Made by a program: the position numbers and the translations under genes
Notes under the pieces: model-generated
Databases searched by the model: none
What the model was told of the DNA's origin: nothing
Seen by the model: only the letters and a program-made list of their open reading frames with translations
Origin: Spirochaetia bacterium
GTDB lineage: Bacteria > Spirochaetota > Spirochaetia > CADAEX01
Assembly: GCA_963662265.2 (NCBI GenBank)
Contig: CAXXHA010000008.1
Location: 1-64,000 of the forward strand
Direction of reading: 5' to 3'
Length of the DNA: 64,000 bases
In this document: positions 1 to 11,083 of the stretch, one piece after another
Numbering within the stretch: the stretch's first letter is position 1
Layout of the letters: every line of letters starts with the position of its first letter

Positions 1-333
1 AAATACAGAGGTTCAAATCCCCGATTTTCGCTTGGAAGCAGGATGGATCTTGAAGATATCAGTTTTAATGTAAACTATACACTAGACCTTACAACACAGG
101 TCGGACTCGACAGGTTCAGCGTGGCATCTTCACTTAACCTGGGAGACAGGGGCAGAAGCATAACAGCTGCTGAAGTGGATGAATACTATATTGAAGGGCT
201 GAAATCCTATGCTGACGGTAACCTTGAAGAGGCAATAGAATACTGGGAAAAAGCACTTGAACTCGACCCCGGCTTTACACCTGCACTGGCAAACCTCATA
301 ACTGCAAAGAAAACACTCCAGCTTATCGGATGA
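1..333 (+). CDS. TPR-containing protein, C-terminal part (5' truncated by window)
   Basis: TPR motif GLKSYADGNLEEAIEYWEKALELDP; the frame appears open to the window edge. Confidence 0.65.
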   Translation, partial: KYRGSNPRFSLGSRMDLEDISFNVNYTLDLTTQVGLDRFSVASSLNLGDRGRSITAAEVDEYYIEGLKSYADGNLEEAIEYWEKALELDPGFTPALANLITAKKTLQLIG

Positions 334-506
334 AATGCAGGCAATCCAGAAAGTGGAATAAGAAAAATATTTATATTTTTTCAGGATATGCACAGGTACC
401 GGTAAAAAAGGGTTTACAATTATAATGATTTAAAAAATGCCTGAATCATATTGAAACAGGCACAAATATCTTCCGGATTTTTTCCAGGTAAAAAAACAAA
501 TAACAA

Positions 507-1302
507 TTAAAGCTTTATTTTAAGCCTGAGATAAATCAGAAACAAAATCAGATCAATTTCACCGTCAAGTTCAAGAAGATTAAGCTCCCTGACCCTGTTC
601 AGGCTGCTGAGACTGTTATCTGCAAGAATCCTGCTTATTGCCTTCTTCTGCTTCGATGTCTGGGTCCTTCCCAGCTCCCCTTCAATATATGAAATCAGCT
701 GGTATCTCTCATCTTCAAACGCATCAGAAAAGAGATTTTCCTTTTCAAGGAAATCTGAAGTAATATAATCAAGATTTTCTTCGACTGTCTGGTTTTTCAT
801 CCTGGATATGAGACTTTCAAGTGATTTCACAAAGTCACTTTCCTGAAATACTATCCTGTCGACGACTCCCCTGTAATGCCCCCTAAGCCGGGAAGCTGGA
901 GCTGATTTCTTGTACCTCTTGCCCATGATTATATAAAACACAACACCGCTGACAAGTCCTGCAGCTACTTCATCCAGCATTGGCAGCGGGGTCCCGGATG
1001 CCGAATGAAAGGAAAAAATAGGTCAGAAGAAAAACAATTGCCGAACCGACAAACCTGGGAATAAACCTGGATTCTGTTATCCAGTTATTCACTGAAGCTT
1101 CAACAATCCTGTAAAGCTTGTTTCTGAATGCTGTGAGACTCTCAATAACAGGCTCTTCCCCGTACTTCCCTTCAACAGAAATGGAGTTGCCTTTTGAAAT
1201 CATCTTTTCAAAATTTTCAAAAGGATGGAGATAGAGACCGCTGTTGTCAGCTTTTCTGATGTGAAAAATAAAAACCTTTTTATCTATAACTGCCATAAAC
1301 AA
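507..1302 (-). pseudogene. Hypothetical membrane protein split by a frameshift (ORFs 970-1302 and 507-980)
   Basis: Hydrophobic segment ...GIRDP continues as LPMLDEVAAG in another frame at a G run near 988-992. Confidence 0.6.
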
Positions 1303-1361
1303 AAAATAATAGCTCTACGTTCAGTTGTCAACTGCATTTATAATAATTATAATCATGGTGC

Positions 1362-2135
1362 ATGAAGAATAAAAATATCAGCTACATGTCCCCGATTTTC
1401 AGAGAAGCTCTTCCATACTACAAAAAGGGGGGCAGCACAGCTGTCCTGATTATACACGGCTACCTGGGATCCCCATATGAAGTCACATACCTTGCAGAAA
1501 AACTATACAGTGAAGGTTATACTGTCTCAGTTCCAAGACTTCCCGGCCATGCAACAGACAGTAATGACTTCCTGGAAACCGGCAAAAGAGACTGGCTGAG
1601 AAGAGTCTTTGACAGTTATATGGAACTGAAAAGCATATGCAGCAGTGTAATAATTGCAGGATTTTCAATGGGAGGCCTTCTTGCAGTACATGCAGCATAC
1701 AGGTTTGAAACTGAAAAACTTATACTCATCGCCCCTGCCCTTACAAACAGGAGAAAGCTGATGCTGCATATGACCCCTTTGCTTAAGTATTTCAAAAAGA
1801 CTCTTAAAAAAGATTGCAGGATAAATACAGAAACTGAGTATGAAGAATATCTTAAAAAGGAATACTGGTCGAATGACTGGATAAGTGCTGCATCAGATAT
1901 TCTATTCATGCAGATAAGGGCAAAAAAACTTCTTAAAAAACTGAAATCAGAAGTGCTGCTCATAATCTCGGAAAATGACAAGGCAGTTCCTGTTACAGTA
2001 TCTGAAATTATCCGAAAAAGGATAAGGTCTGAACATCTTACAGAGAAAAGGCTGCTGAAATCAGACCATATGATTTTTCACAGCAATGAACGGGATGATG
2101 CTGCCGGATATATTATTGAGTGGCTTAACAGCTGA
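1362..2135 (+). CDS. Carboxylesterase / alpha-beta hydrolase
   Basis: HGYLG oxyanion motif, GFSMGG nucleophile, D and H triad positions. Confidence 0.9.
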   Translation: MKNKNISYMSPIFREALPYYKKGGSTAVLIIHGYLGSPYEVTYLAEKLYSEGYTVSVPRLPGHATDSNDFLETGKRDWLRRVFDSYMELKSICSSVIIAGFSMGGLLAVHAAYRFETEKLILIAPALTNRRKLMLHMTPLLKYFKKTLKKDCRINTETEYEEYLKKEYWSNDWISAASDILFMQIRAKKLLKKLKSEVLLIISENDKAVPVTVSEIIRKRIRSEHLTEKRLLKSDHMIFHSNERDDAAGYIIEWLNS

Positions 2136-2461
2136 ATGGATGAATAACTATATGACAAAATAGCTGATTGAGGGTGTGTCACTCAATTTCTGGCTGAATG
2201 GCTATCTGACTGTCTGTGTAACCGGCTGACTGGGGGTATGGATGACTCTGTGTCTGGATGAACAGCTGAACAGCCAATTAACTGACTGGGGAACTAGCTG
2301 ACTGGGGTCTGGCAGAAAAAGGAGTGCATTGGGTCATTACTCTTAAATTTACAACTATATAATCCAGAATATGAGTTTGTTATTATTAATTCAACATCTT
2401 ATTTTACTACTTATTTAATACAAAGGGATTGCTGATTCTGCAGATAATTTCCAGCAGGCTT

Positions 2462-2761
2462 TCAGGGTCTGATTTCCCGCCATTTTTCAATCATCTGCTT
2501 GAAGGATGATTTTTCCTTTTTCAGCTCCTTTGATCCCCTGGTAATCTTACAGAGACTCAAACCGAGGTTTTCGGCAATCTTTCTCTGGCTGATACCATCA
2601 TCAATCTGTTTAACCAGTTCCCATCGGGATGATACTTCGCTGATTTCATTCGGAGTAAGTATACTCTTGAGAAAATCTTCAATAAGATCTTTGTTATCAG
2701 TAGCTGCAAGTGTTGCAGCAAGTTCTTTAATCGCATGTTCGTAATAAGCTTTTTCAACCAT
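2462..2761 (-). CDS. TrpR/YerC-like repressor
   Basis: LTPNE...RW...SQRKIA..LGLSLCKITRGS helix-turn-helix. Confidence 0.85.
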   Translation of the reverse strand: MVEKAYYEHAIKELAATLAATDNKDLIEDFLKSILTPNEISEVSSRWELVKQIDDGISQRKIAENLGLSLCKITRGSKELKKEKSSFKQMIEKWREIRP

Positions 2762-2952
2762 AGTATAAATTTAAACCTCTTACAGATAATGTCAAGCATA
2801 AGTAAATATTTCTTTGCTATAAGGAGCCTTTAAAACAATGTAGATAATTATATCATAAATATGGTATATTATTTACCGGCCTTTTAAAAAGCAGAACAAA
2901 ACATTGTTATACTGCAGGGCTTAACAGAGAAACAATAAAAAAGGATATATAT

Positions 2953-4717
2953 ATGAAACTGGATCCGCTAAAAATGAAGGACTGGGAAATTGCAGATGCA
3001 GCATCTGTAAACATGAAAACAGTCTACCAGCTTGCAGAGGAAATGGAACTTGATAAAATGGAGCTTCTTCCCTACGGACATTATATAGGCAAGCTTGATT
3101 ACATGAGTATTCTTAAAAGACTCGAAAAAAGAAAAAACGGTAAATATATAGAGGTTACAGCAATTACCCCCACCCCCCTTGGTGAAGGGAAAACCACAAC
3201 TACAATGGGTCTTGTACAGGGGCTCGGATCCCTGGGTAAAAAAGTCATCGGTGCAATAAGACAGCCGTCAGGTGGTCCCACATTCAATATAAAGGGATCT
3301 GCAGCAGGTGGAGGGCTTGCCCAGTGCATACCGCTCACAGAATTCAGCCTCGGCCTTACAGGCGATATTGATTCAATTACAAACGCCCACAACCTTGCAA
3401 TGGTGGCGCTTACATCAAGGATGCAGCATGAGTTCAACTATTCAGACGCAGTACTTGAAAAAAAGTCGCTTAAACGGCTTAACCTTGATCCCAGGAATCC
3501 TGCAATGGGATGGGCAATTGACCTTTCAGCCCAGGCACTCAGAGAAATACTGATCGGGATCGGCGGAAAAATGGACGGGTTCATGATGAAAAGCGGGGTT
3601 CCAGATAACTGTTTCCTCAGAACTGATGGCAATCCTTGCTGTAGCGACAAGCCTTGAAGACTTAAGGGAAAGGATAGGAAAAATGGTTATCTGCTATGAC
3701 AGGGGTGGAAACCCGGTAAACGCGGAAGACCTTGAAGTTGCAGGCGCAATGACTGCAATCATGGCAAAGGCAATCAATCCCAACCTTATGCAGACAATAG
3801 AGGGGCAGCCTGTGCTTGTTCATGCAGGGCCTTTTGCAAACATAGCAATCGGGCAGTCATCAATAATTGCGGATCTTATCGGACTGAAACTTGCAGATTA
3901 CCATGTGACAGAAAGCGGCTTCGGTGCAGATATCGGATTTGAGAAATTCTGGAACCTCAAGTCCAGATTTTCAAACCTCACCCCCGACTGCGCAGTACTT
4001 GTATGCACTGTCAGAGCCTTAAAAATGCACGGAGGAGGCCCCAGGGTAGTCCCCGGGAAACCGCTTGACAAGGCATACACTGAGAAAAACACAGACCTTG
4101 TAAGGAAAGGACTCGACAACCTTATGGCGCACCTCGATGCTGTAAAGAAGAGCGGCGTCCCACCTGTTGTATGCATCAATCACTTCGCAACAGATGATGA
4201 AGAAGAACTTGCAATAATAAGAAAAGCAGCAGAGGATAACGGTGCAAGAGTTGCTGTTTCAAGGCACTGGCTCGAAGGTGGCAAGGGTGCCGAGGAACTT
4301 GCAGAAGTGGTGATTGATGCCTGCAAAGAGAAGAATGAGTTTAAATTCCTCTATGATGAAGATGCCCCTTTACGGGAAAAGATATACACAATCGCGACAG
4401 AAGTTTACGGTGCAGACGGAGTCACATACTCGGCCGAAGCACGGAAAAAAGCGGAAAAAATAGAAAATGATCCTGAACTAAAAAGCCTCTCAACCTGCAT
4501 GGTGAAGACGCACCTGAGTCTCTCACACGATCCTGAACTCAAGAACAGGCCGGTTGAATGGACTCTTCCGATACGGGATATCATGGTTTACAGGGGAGCG
4601 GGATTTGTTGTCCCTGTTGCTGGGGAAATCAAGCTTATGCCGGGGACTGCATCAGATCCTGCCTACAGAAGGATTGATATAGATACTAAAACAGGAAAAG
4701 TCAAAGGGCTTTATTAG
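2953..4717 (+). CDS. fhs: Formate--tetrahydrofolate ligase, split by a frameshift near 3595
   Basis: [31 protein letters not shown] and MPG motifs spread over ORFs 2953-3657 and 3626-4717. Confidence 0.95.
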
Positions 4718-4793
4718 AAGCTTTATTCAGACAATCTGATAACCAGCAAATAATAGGGAATAATATTCTAAATTGACTGGGGAGCATGAATAA

Positions 4794-5291
4794 TTGAACC
4801 GTGAACTTTTAAGGGGATACCCGGAACATATTATAGACCAGGTAGAAGAACTATACAGAAACGGTAAACTTAAAACCTACCTTGGCAGCAAATACAGGGA
4901 AAAACACAATATCAGATCTGATAAAGCTCTTTTCGACTATATCCAGGATCTTAAAAAAAGTTATATGAAAAAAGCTCCGCCTGTGCATAAAGTTCTTTAC
5001 GATGACAGGATTGAAACAGCATACAACGCACTGGGACTCCACTCATTTGTAAGCCGTATACAGGGAAGAAAGCTGAAGGCAAAAAGCGAGATAAGAATTT
5101 CATCTGTATTCAGAGATGCGCCTGCAGATTTTCTTGAAATGATTGCAGTTCATGAACTTGCCCACCTGAAGGAAAAGGAACACGGTAAGGATTTTTACAG
5201 GCTCTGCACACATATGCTATCCGATTATGCCCAGCTTGAGTTTGATTTCAGACTTTATCTTATAAGCCTTGATCAGGGGAAGGGAAATTGA
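4794..5291 (+). CDS. YgjP/SprT-like zinc metallopeptidase
   Basis: HELAHLKEKEH..FY motif. Confidence 0.85.
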   Translation: MNRELLRGYPEHIIDQVEELYRNGKLKTYLGSKYREKHNIRSDKALFDYIQDLKKSYMKKAPPVHKVLYDDRIETAYNALGLHSFVSRIQGRKLKAKSEIRISSVFRDAPADFLEMIAVHELAHLKEKEHGKDFYRLCTHMLSDYAQLEFDFRLYLISLDQGKGN

Positions 5292-5956
5292 AAAACTTTA
5301 TAATCCTGTCATCCGTCGCAGCCTGCTCGGCAATGTACGTTATTGAACAGTACATAGGGTGCAGTTATGCATTGAAAACAGCTTTTAAGGCATTGTTTTT
5401 TGCAGGACTTCCGCTGCTTTATGCAAAACTCTACGGAAGCGGGACAATAAGAGAATCGCTGGGAATCGATCATATAAAATTCAATCAACTCAAAACAGGA
5501 TTTATTCTTGGCGGGATTGTTTTCTGTATAATAATATCAGCCTATTTTCTGCTGGGATCACTGGTCGATTTTGACGGGATAAAAAATGAACTTCAGACAA
5601 AACTCATGATATCAGCATCCACATTTATCTTTGTCGGTCTTTATATTACTTTCATCAATTCTCTTATGGAAGAATTTTTTTTCAGGGGATTTATATTTCT
5701 GGAAATATATAAATCAGGAAACAGGAAAACAGCCTATTTCATATCATCAGTCCTGTTCGGCTTATATCACATGGCAATGTTTAAAACATGGTTTCCCCCG
5801 TCCATATCAGTACTTGCTGTAGCAAGCCTGATATTATCAGGTCTTGTCTTTAACCGGCTTAACATAAAGAGCAGACACTTTCTGAATTCATGGATTGTTC
5901 ATATATTTGCTGACTGTGCAATTATAATGATCGGGATAAAGATGTTTTATTTTTAA
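5288..5956 (+). CDS. CPBP (CAAX/Abi) intramembrane protease
   Basis: EEFFFRG, FGLYH and H..AD motifs; hydrophobic. Confidence 0.9.
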   Translation: MKNFIILSSVAACSAMYVIEQYIGCSYALKTAFKALFFAGLPLLYAKLYGSGTIRESLGIDHIKFNQLKTGFILGGIVFCIIISAYFLLGSLVDFDGIKNELQTKLMISASTFIFVGLYITFINSLMEEFFFRGFIFLEIYKSGNRKTAYFISSVLFGLYHMAMFKTWFPPSISVLAVASLILSGLVFNRLNIKSRHFLNSWIVHIFADCAIIMIGIKMFYF

Positions 5957-6897
5957 AGTCCCCTTAGCCAGAACGGCCTGATAAAGGAGTTGCCGGAAAG
6001 TGCTGCCTCAATCCTTTTGATAAGATCATCTTTTGCAGCCGGGAGCGTGCCAGAAAGAGGCAGGGCGTTAGACGCATGATTTGATCTGAAAATAATCCTA
6101 TCTGTTGCCTCAATCCTGCTTATAAGAAGCTTTTCCTCCTCAAGCATTCCTATGTCATCCTGCTCTGTAAAATTCCCGTCAAACCCGGACATGAATCTTT
6201 TTCTGCAGTCAGGCGGTATAATCAGCGAGAGTGTGGAAAGATATTTGGGAGAAGTCCTGTTTATCAGCTGTGCGCTTTTCAGGACATGTTCCTCACTGAA
6301 TTCCCTTCCCCCCATTCCGTTTATAAGGGTGACAGAGACATCAATACCTGCATTTTTGAGCCTGTTTGCAGCATTTACATGATCTTCCTGTTTTACCCCC
6401 TTGCATATTTTCTCAAGGATAAAATCAGATCCTGTTTCGAAACCGAGATAGACTATTGAAAGACCTTCCTCTTTAAGAATATCAAGTTCCTCATCTGATT
6501 TCCCGAGCACATTTCCTGTATTTCCGTATAATGATATTCTCCTGAGGCGGGGAAATGTATTTTTAAGTTTTCTGAATATCCTTATCAGCTTATCTGTTCC
6601 AAGTGCAAGAGCATCTCCATCTCCAAGAAAAACTCTCCTCAAATCACTGTACTTTTTAAGTGATTCTATTTCAGATTCAATATCCTTAAAACTTCTTTCC
6701 CTGTATTTCTTTGATTTGTACATGCTGCAGAATGTACAGCTGTTGTGGCTGCATCCGATTGTTGCCTGCAGTATGAGGCTTTCTGCTTCTGAAGGCGGCC
6801 TGTAAAGCGGTTCATCATATATTATCAAAATTGTACTCCGTTTAAAAAGTAAAGAATATTTCCAGCAAAAATATATCAGAATAAATCTGAATACCAA
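5953..6897 (-). CDS. Radical SAM protein (true start probably ~6830)
   Basis: YRPPSEAESL and CSHNSCTFC cluster motif; FRSNHASN. Confidence 0.9.
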   Translation of the reverse strand: MVFRFILIYFCWKYSLLFKRSTILIIYDEPLYRPPSEAESLILQATIGCSHNSCTFCSMYKSKKYRERSFKDIESEIESLKKYSDLRRVFLGDGDALALGTDKLIRIFRKLKNTFPRLRRISLYGNTGNVLGKSDEELDILKEEGLSIVYLGFETGSDFILEKICKGVKQEDHVNAANRLKNAGIDVSVTLINGMGGREFSEEHVLKSAQLINRTSPKYLSTLSLIIPPDCRKRFMSGFDGNFTEQDDIGMLEEEKLLISRIEATDRIIFRSNHASNALPLSGTLPAAKDDLIKRIEAALSGNSFIRPFWLRGL

Positions 6898-6995
6898 TGA
6901 TTAAGATAATTTCAAATATATTCGGTAAAAACAATTATAACAGATCAAATAAGAAAAACTAAAAAGAACAATTTGTTAAGAAACATATAATAATC

Positions 6996-7967
6996 CTAAA
7001 AATCAAAAAGCTTTTTCTGCATTCCCGGTTCATCTTCTGCTTCCCCGACTTTGAGACTTTTTAAGTTACCACACTCAGTTATTTTTTCACTTCCAGTTAA
7101 AAAGTCGCACAGCATTTCAGAATCAGGGTCATATTTTCTGTAATTACTGAATGCTTCGATTTTATTCATATTTGCATAGCAGTAGATACAGTCATGAATA
7201 CAAGTATTATATGCTCCGATATCTCTGCTTTCAATGCATAGGCATTCCTTTCTCTGGGAGCTGTCTTTATCAGATTTTATTTTATATCCTGCAATCTTTT
7301 CAACCAGTTTGCTGTCAATACAGCTGCCTTTTCTGACTCCGTATCTTTCAAAGTTATCTGAAGATGCACAGCTGAAAAGATCAATATTTCTCTCCCGTGT
7401 AATTAAGGAAAATGAGGAAACAATTCTGTTTCTGGTTTCTGTATCAGGGGGAATAATATTCAGATGACTCATGTTTTTCTGAACTTTTTTATACTGATCC
7501 AGAAAACTGAAAATACATCTTTCTGTATAATTTTCCAACCTCTCTGCAATATATGAAAATTTCCTGAGATGATATTCAGCATCAATCAGTTCAGTCAATA
7601 TTACAGGATCGTATCTCCATACTACCCTGCTCTTTCCAATCCTGTCCGATAGCTTTTTAAATGTATTAATAATTTCAGATTTTTCAGGTACATTGCGTTC
7701 TATTGTTCTGTCATAGGGGTTTAGTGTAAAGAGAAAATAATACCTGTATCCTTCCTCATCCAGAAAATCCAGATACTTCATGAAAGAAGCAGGATCCTTT
7801 GTCCAGAAGACTATACAGTCGATGATACCGGGATTGAGCGGGATTCTTGATACTGAGTTTCTGTTAAAAGGATTCCGCACACAGACATAACCTGATTTAA
7901 GCCGGTTAATAAACCACCTGCCGTAGAAGGCAGGTATATCTGTTCTCCTGCTTGCACTGATAATCAT
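6996..7967 (-). CDS. DUF1848 family protein
   Basis: MIISASRRTDIPAFY start; WRYDP; DIGAYNTCIHDCIYCYA. Confidence 0.9.
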   Translation of the reverse strand: MIISASRRTDIPAFYGRWFINRLKSGYVCVRNPFNRNSVSRIPLNPGIIDCIVFWTKDPASFMKYLDFLDEEGYRYYFLFTLNPYDRTIERNVPEKSEIINTFKKLSDRIGKSRVVWRYDPVILTELIDAEYHLRKFSYIAERLENYTERCIFSFLDQYKKVQKNMSHLNIIPPDTETRNRIVSSFSLITRERNIDLFSCASSDNFERYGVRKGSCIDSKLVEKIAGYKIKSDKDSSQRKECLCIESRDIGAYNTCIHDCIYCYANMNKIEAFSNYRKYDPDSEMLCDFLTGSEKITECGNLKSLKVGEAEDEPGMQKKLFDF

Positions 7968-8017
7968 CAGGTATATTTAACAGTTATTCAGGCTTTTGGT
8001 AAAGCCGCTATACACAC

Positions 8018-8422
8018 CTAGTTGTCATAATAAATAATTGTTCTTGCAGCGCTTTTATCTTCAGGATCATCCCAGCCGGAGGCTATTACATCAATACCAC
8101 CAAAAGATCCGGTGTATGGGAAAGAAATACTATCAGTATGAGATTCCCCTACACTGAGATCAACACCACTTGTCCATTTTTTATTAGCTTCCAGGTAAGT
8201 TGTTCCGGTACCAGTATCTGTATCTACTCCAAACTGTATTTTACAGTTTTCAAGAGTGGACTCCCCGCCGTTTGTCAACTTATAATTAACCGAAACAGAT
8301 GTTGTATTATCTGTATAACTTGTAATTTCAAAACTCAGATATAAATCAGGCGGCGTATCTGTACAGGAACAAACCATAAATACAAGTATCAATATAGAAA
8401 ATATCAAAATATTCTTTTTCAT
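8018..8422 (-). CDS. Putative lipoprotein
   Basis: MKK + hydrophobic stretch + CSC lipobox-like signal. Confidence 0.65.
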   Translation of the reverse strand: MKKNILIFSILILVFMVCSCTDTPPDLYLSFEITSYTDNTTSVSVNYKLTNGGESTLENCKIQFGVDTDTGTGTTYLEANKKWTSGVDLSVGESHTDSISFPYTGSFGGIDVIASGWDDPEDKSAARTIIYYDN

Positions 8423-8736
8423 TTAATCTCCTTAAATCATAGCTTACAGTTTAAATTATAATACAACAGGTAAATGATTTTACAAATAATTTTAAGACTT
8501 TATGTTTTAAACATATACTTTTTTAATACGATACTGTCATATATTTTTACCTGATTTAACTGTAAAACACCACTTCCAAACATTATCTTATGACTCCTGT
8601 ACTGGATCTGTAATATTGTCACGATTTTATGCCCCCAATGGAACTTAAATATAATCATGTATACAGATCATTATAATCCTTACCAGCTCATATAACCTGT
8701 ATTGACTATAAGCAATTAAAGACTTATACAGTATTT

Positions 8737-9219
8737 ATGAAGAAATGCTATTGCGGAAGAAACACAGAATTTGAAAAATGCTGCGCTCCCTATATCAAAA
8801 GAAAGATAAATCCTCCAACAGCTGAAGATCTGATGCGTGCCCGATACTCAGCCTATGTTACAGGGGATATAGATTTTATCGAGTCTACCCACAGTCTTGA
8901 AAGAAGAGATGCAGTTGATGTAGAAGAAACAAGAAAGTGGTCCAGTGAATCTGAATGGCTGGGGCTTGAAATCGTAAGCACAAAGAAAGGCGGAGTGAAT
9001 GATAATGTCGGGACTGTTGAGTTCAAAGCTACATTCAATCAGAACGGAATAACCCACATACATCATGAAATAAGTACCTTTAAAAAGATAGAAGGCAAGT
9101 GGTATTTTGATGATGGAGAAATTATTCCTGCCACTGTTGTAAGGTCAGGAGAAAAAATCGGAAGAAATGATCCCTGCCCATGCGGAAGCGGGAAAAAATA
9201 TAAAAAGTGCTGCGGCTGA
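8737..9219 (+). CDS. YchJ family SEC-C motif protein
   Basis: LMRARYSAY; C-terminal [18 protein letters not shown]. Confidence 0.9.
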   Translation: MKKCYCGRNTEFEKCCAPYIKRKINPPTAEDLMRARYSAYVTGDIDFIESTHSLERRDAVDVEETRKWSSESEWLGLEIVSTKKGGVNDNVGTVEFKATFNQNGITHIHHEISTFKKIEGKWYFDDGEIIPATVVRSGEKIGRNDPCPCGSGKKYKKCCG

Positions 9220-9365
9220 ATCCAGTTCAACAACTTAAGAAATAATTTTACAAATATGATTTATACTGAGAATAGAAACACCTGTTGTCACTATTCTCAG
9301 ATAATAACTTATTTACAGGAGAAATACTGTCATTTCAATTTTCCATCTAAAAACTATTTGAATAT

Positions 9366-10022
9366 ATGAAAGAAACAGAACTTGATAAACCTATAAGACA
9401 ATGGCTTGAAAAGCAGGGATATTCAGTATCCTGTGAAGTCAAGAATTGTGATATTGTTGCCCGCAAGGGTGATGATCTTCTTATAATTGAACTTAAGACA
9501 AGATTCTCCCTTGATCTTGTATATCAGGCAGTAAACAGGAAAAATCTCTCTGATTCTGTTTATGTCGCTGTTCCTGTTAAACCTGGTAAAAAAACAATCC
9601 CGAAATACAGAGATGTGAAAAAACTCCTCTCCAGACTGGAAGTGGGCCTGATACTTGTACGATTTCTGAAGAGCAAAACCAGGGTTGAAGTAGTTTCTCA
9701 TCCTGTTGAATACAGTCCCAGAAAAGCAAAAAAAAGAACTCTATCCATTATCAGAGAAATTGACGGAAGATATTCTGAATTCAATAAAGCAGGAAGTGCT
9801 GTTGCCGACAGACGCATAAGTGCCTATAAACAGCAGGCGCTTGTTGCCGCTTACCTTCTTAAAGACAAAGAATCTCTTTCCCCATCCCAGATCAGAAAAT
9901 CAGGGGGAGGATCTAAAACTCAGCAGATTCTTTCCGGAAATGTCTATGGTTGGTTTGACCGCATCGGCAGGGGATTGTACCGGCTGAATCCGGGCAGGCA
10001 GGGAGGCTTTGGAAGTGAATAA
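9366..10022 (+). CDS. DUF2161 family putative PD-(D/E)XK protein
   Basis: MKETEL..EVK.CDIVA..IIELK; AYKQQAL; NVYGWFDR. Confidence 0.8.
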   Translation: MKETELDKPIRQWLEKQGYSVSCEVKNCDIVARKGDDLLIIELKTRFSLDLVYQAVNRKNLSDSVYVAVPVKPGKKTIPKYRDVKKLLSRLEVGLILVRFLKSKTRVEVVSHPVEYSPRKAKKRTLSIIREIDGRYSEFNKAGSAVADRRISAYKQQALVAAYLLKDKESLSPSQIRKSGGGSKTQQILSGNVYGWFDRIGRGLYRLNPGRQGGFGSE

Positions 10023-10234
10023 AGATGTTCTGGCAGATTTAGTGGGGAAAATCGCTGAATAATATACCTGCTTGCATTGTGGTTTCTTATTAACTCTATC
10101 AACTTATTGCTTTTACTATTCTCCCCTCTATCAGTTTTTACAACTCTACATCCAGTAAATTAAAATCTTCATCACCCTGGAATAATTTATTCAATTATTT
10201 CTGCAGAACTGTAAGCAACTGATCATGAAAATCC

Positions 10235-10990
10235 TCAGAAACTTACAGTAATACCTGCTGTTATATAATTGAACAAAGCAAAAGTGTAGACGTCACCTCC
10301 TCCGTCTGATCCCCCCTCGAGAATCCTGTATCCAATCCTGAAAACTGTATCAGGTAAATAACGATACAGGAGCGCCAGATTGACGTCCTCAGCGCGTCCA
10401 TATGGAGAAACAAGTGCATCTCCATCAAGAAGAAAGCCTAATTCATCTAAAAAATACCATTCAGCCCTGAAATTTATAAGAGGAACAAAACCGAGGTCAT
10501 CCCGGTGTGCGTATCCAGAGTCGCTCATAAGAGCTATATCTGCACTTCTTATTTTTCCGGTCAAACCGATCCCTAAATCAATATCCTTTTTTTTATGGAA
10601 TGACCATCTATAGGTAAATCGATATGAATCAAAGCGGTAGGTCGATGTAATCTTTGTCCCTTTTGAAAAAACAGTATCCTGAAACAGTATATCCCGGTCT
10701 GCTGAACCGCTTCCCTGAACAGTCAGGGGCGCAATCAAAAAAGAAACAGTGTGACGATCAGCAAATGTGTATCCTGCACGTATACGTACAACAGGTACTG
10801 GAGATAAAGGTGTTTCGCTTGAAAGTGAAAACTTTGTCCCTGTATCAGAGGGAATCCTGACATCGTTATAGCCGGAAAAAGCGGCCCCGCTTTCAACATC
10901 TATAAATGCCTGTGCATCAATTTGATTTCCTGTAAAAACAAGAATTATTAATATTAATAATGTTTGTATATTTTTCATAAGAACCTCCAC
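10235..10990 (-). CDS. Putative outer-membrane beta-barrel protein
   Basis: Signal peptide, alternating beta pattern, C-terminal Phe. Confidence 0.6.
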   Translation of the reverse strand: MEVLMKNIQTLLILIILVFTGNQIDAQAFIDVESGAAFSGYNDVRIPSDTGTKFSLSSETPLSPVPVVRIRAGYTFADRHTVSFLIAPLTVQGSGSADRDILFQDTVFSKGTKITSTYRFDSYRFTYRWSFHKKKDIDLGIGLTGKIRSADIALMSDSGYAHRDDLGFVPLINFRAEWYFLDELGFLLDGDALVSPYGRAEDVNLALLYRYLPDTVFRIGYRILEGGSDGGGDVYTFALFNYITAGITVSF

Positions 10991-11083
10991 TTCATATAAT
11001 TATTATTAACAAACAGGTTTGTAAAAGCAAAATTATTTAAGGGATAATCTTTGAAGATAAACAAAAGTTTTAGCTTTATATAA

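Noticed and set aside
2953-4717. Programmed frameshift or phase variation in fhs (also 507-1302, arginase, GIY-YIG variant, ImmA)
   Set aside because: The breaks lie at or near short homopolymers, including in a housekeeping gene, so sequencing indels are the simpler explanation; needs read inspection.
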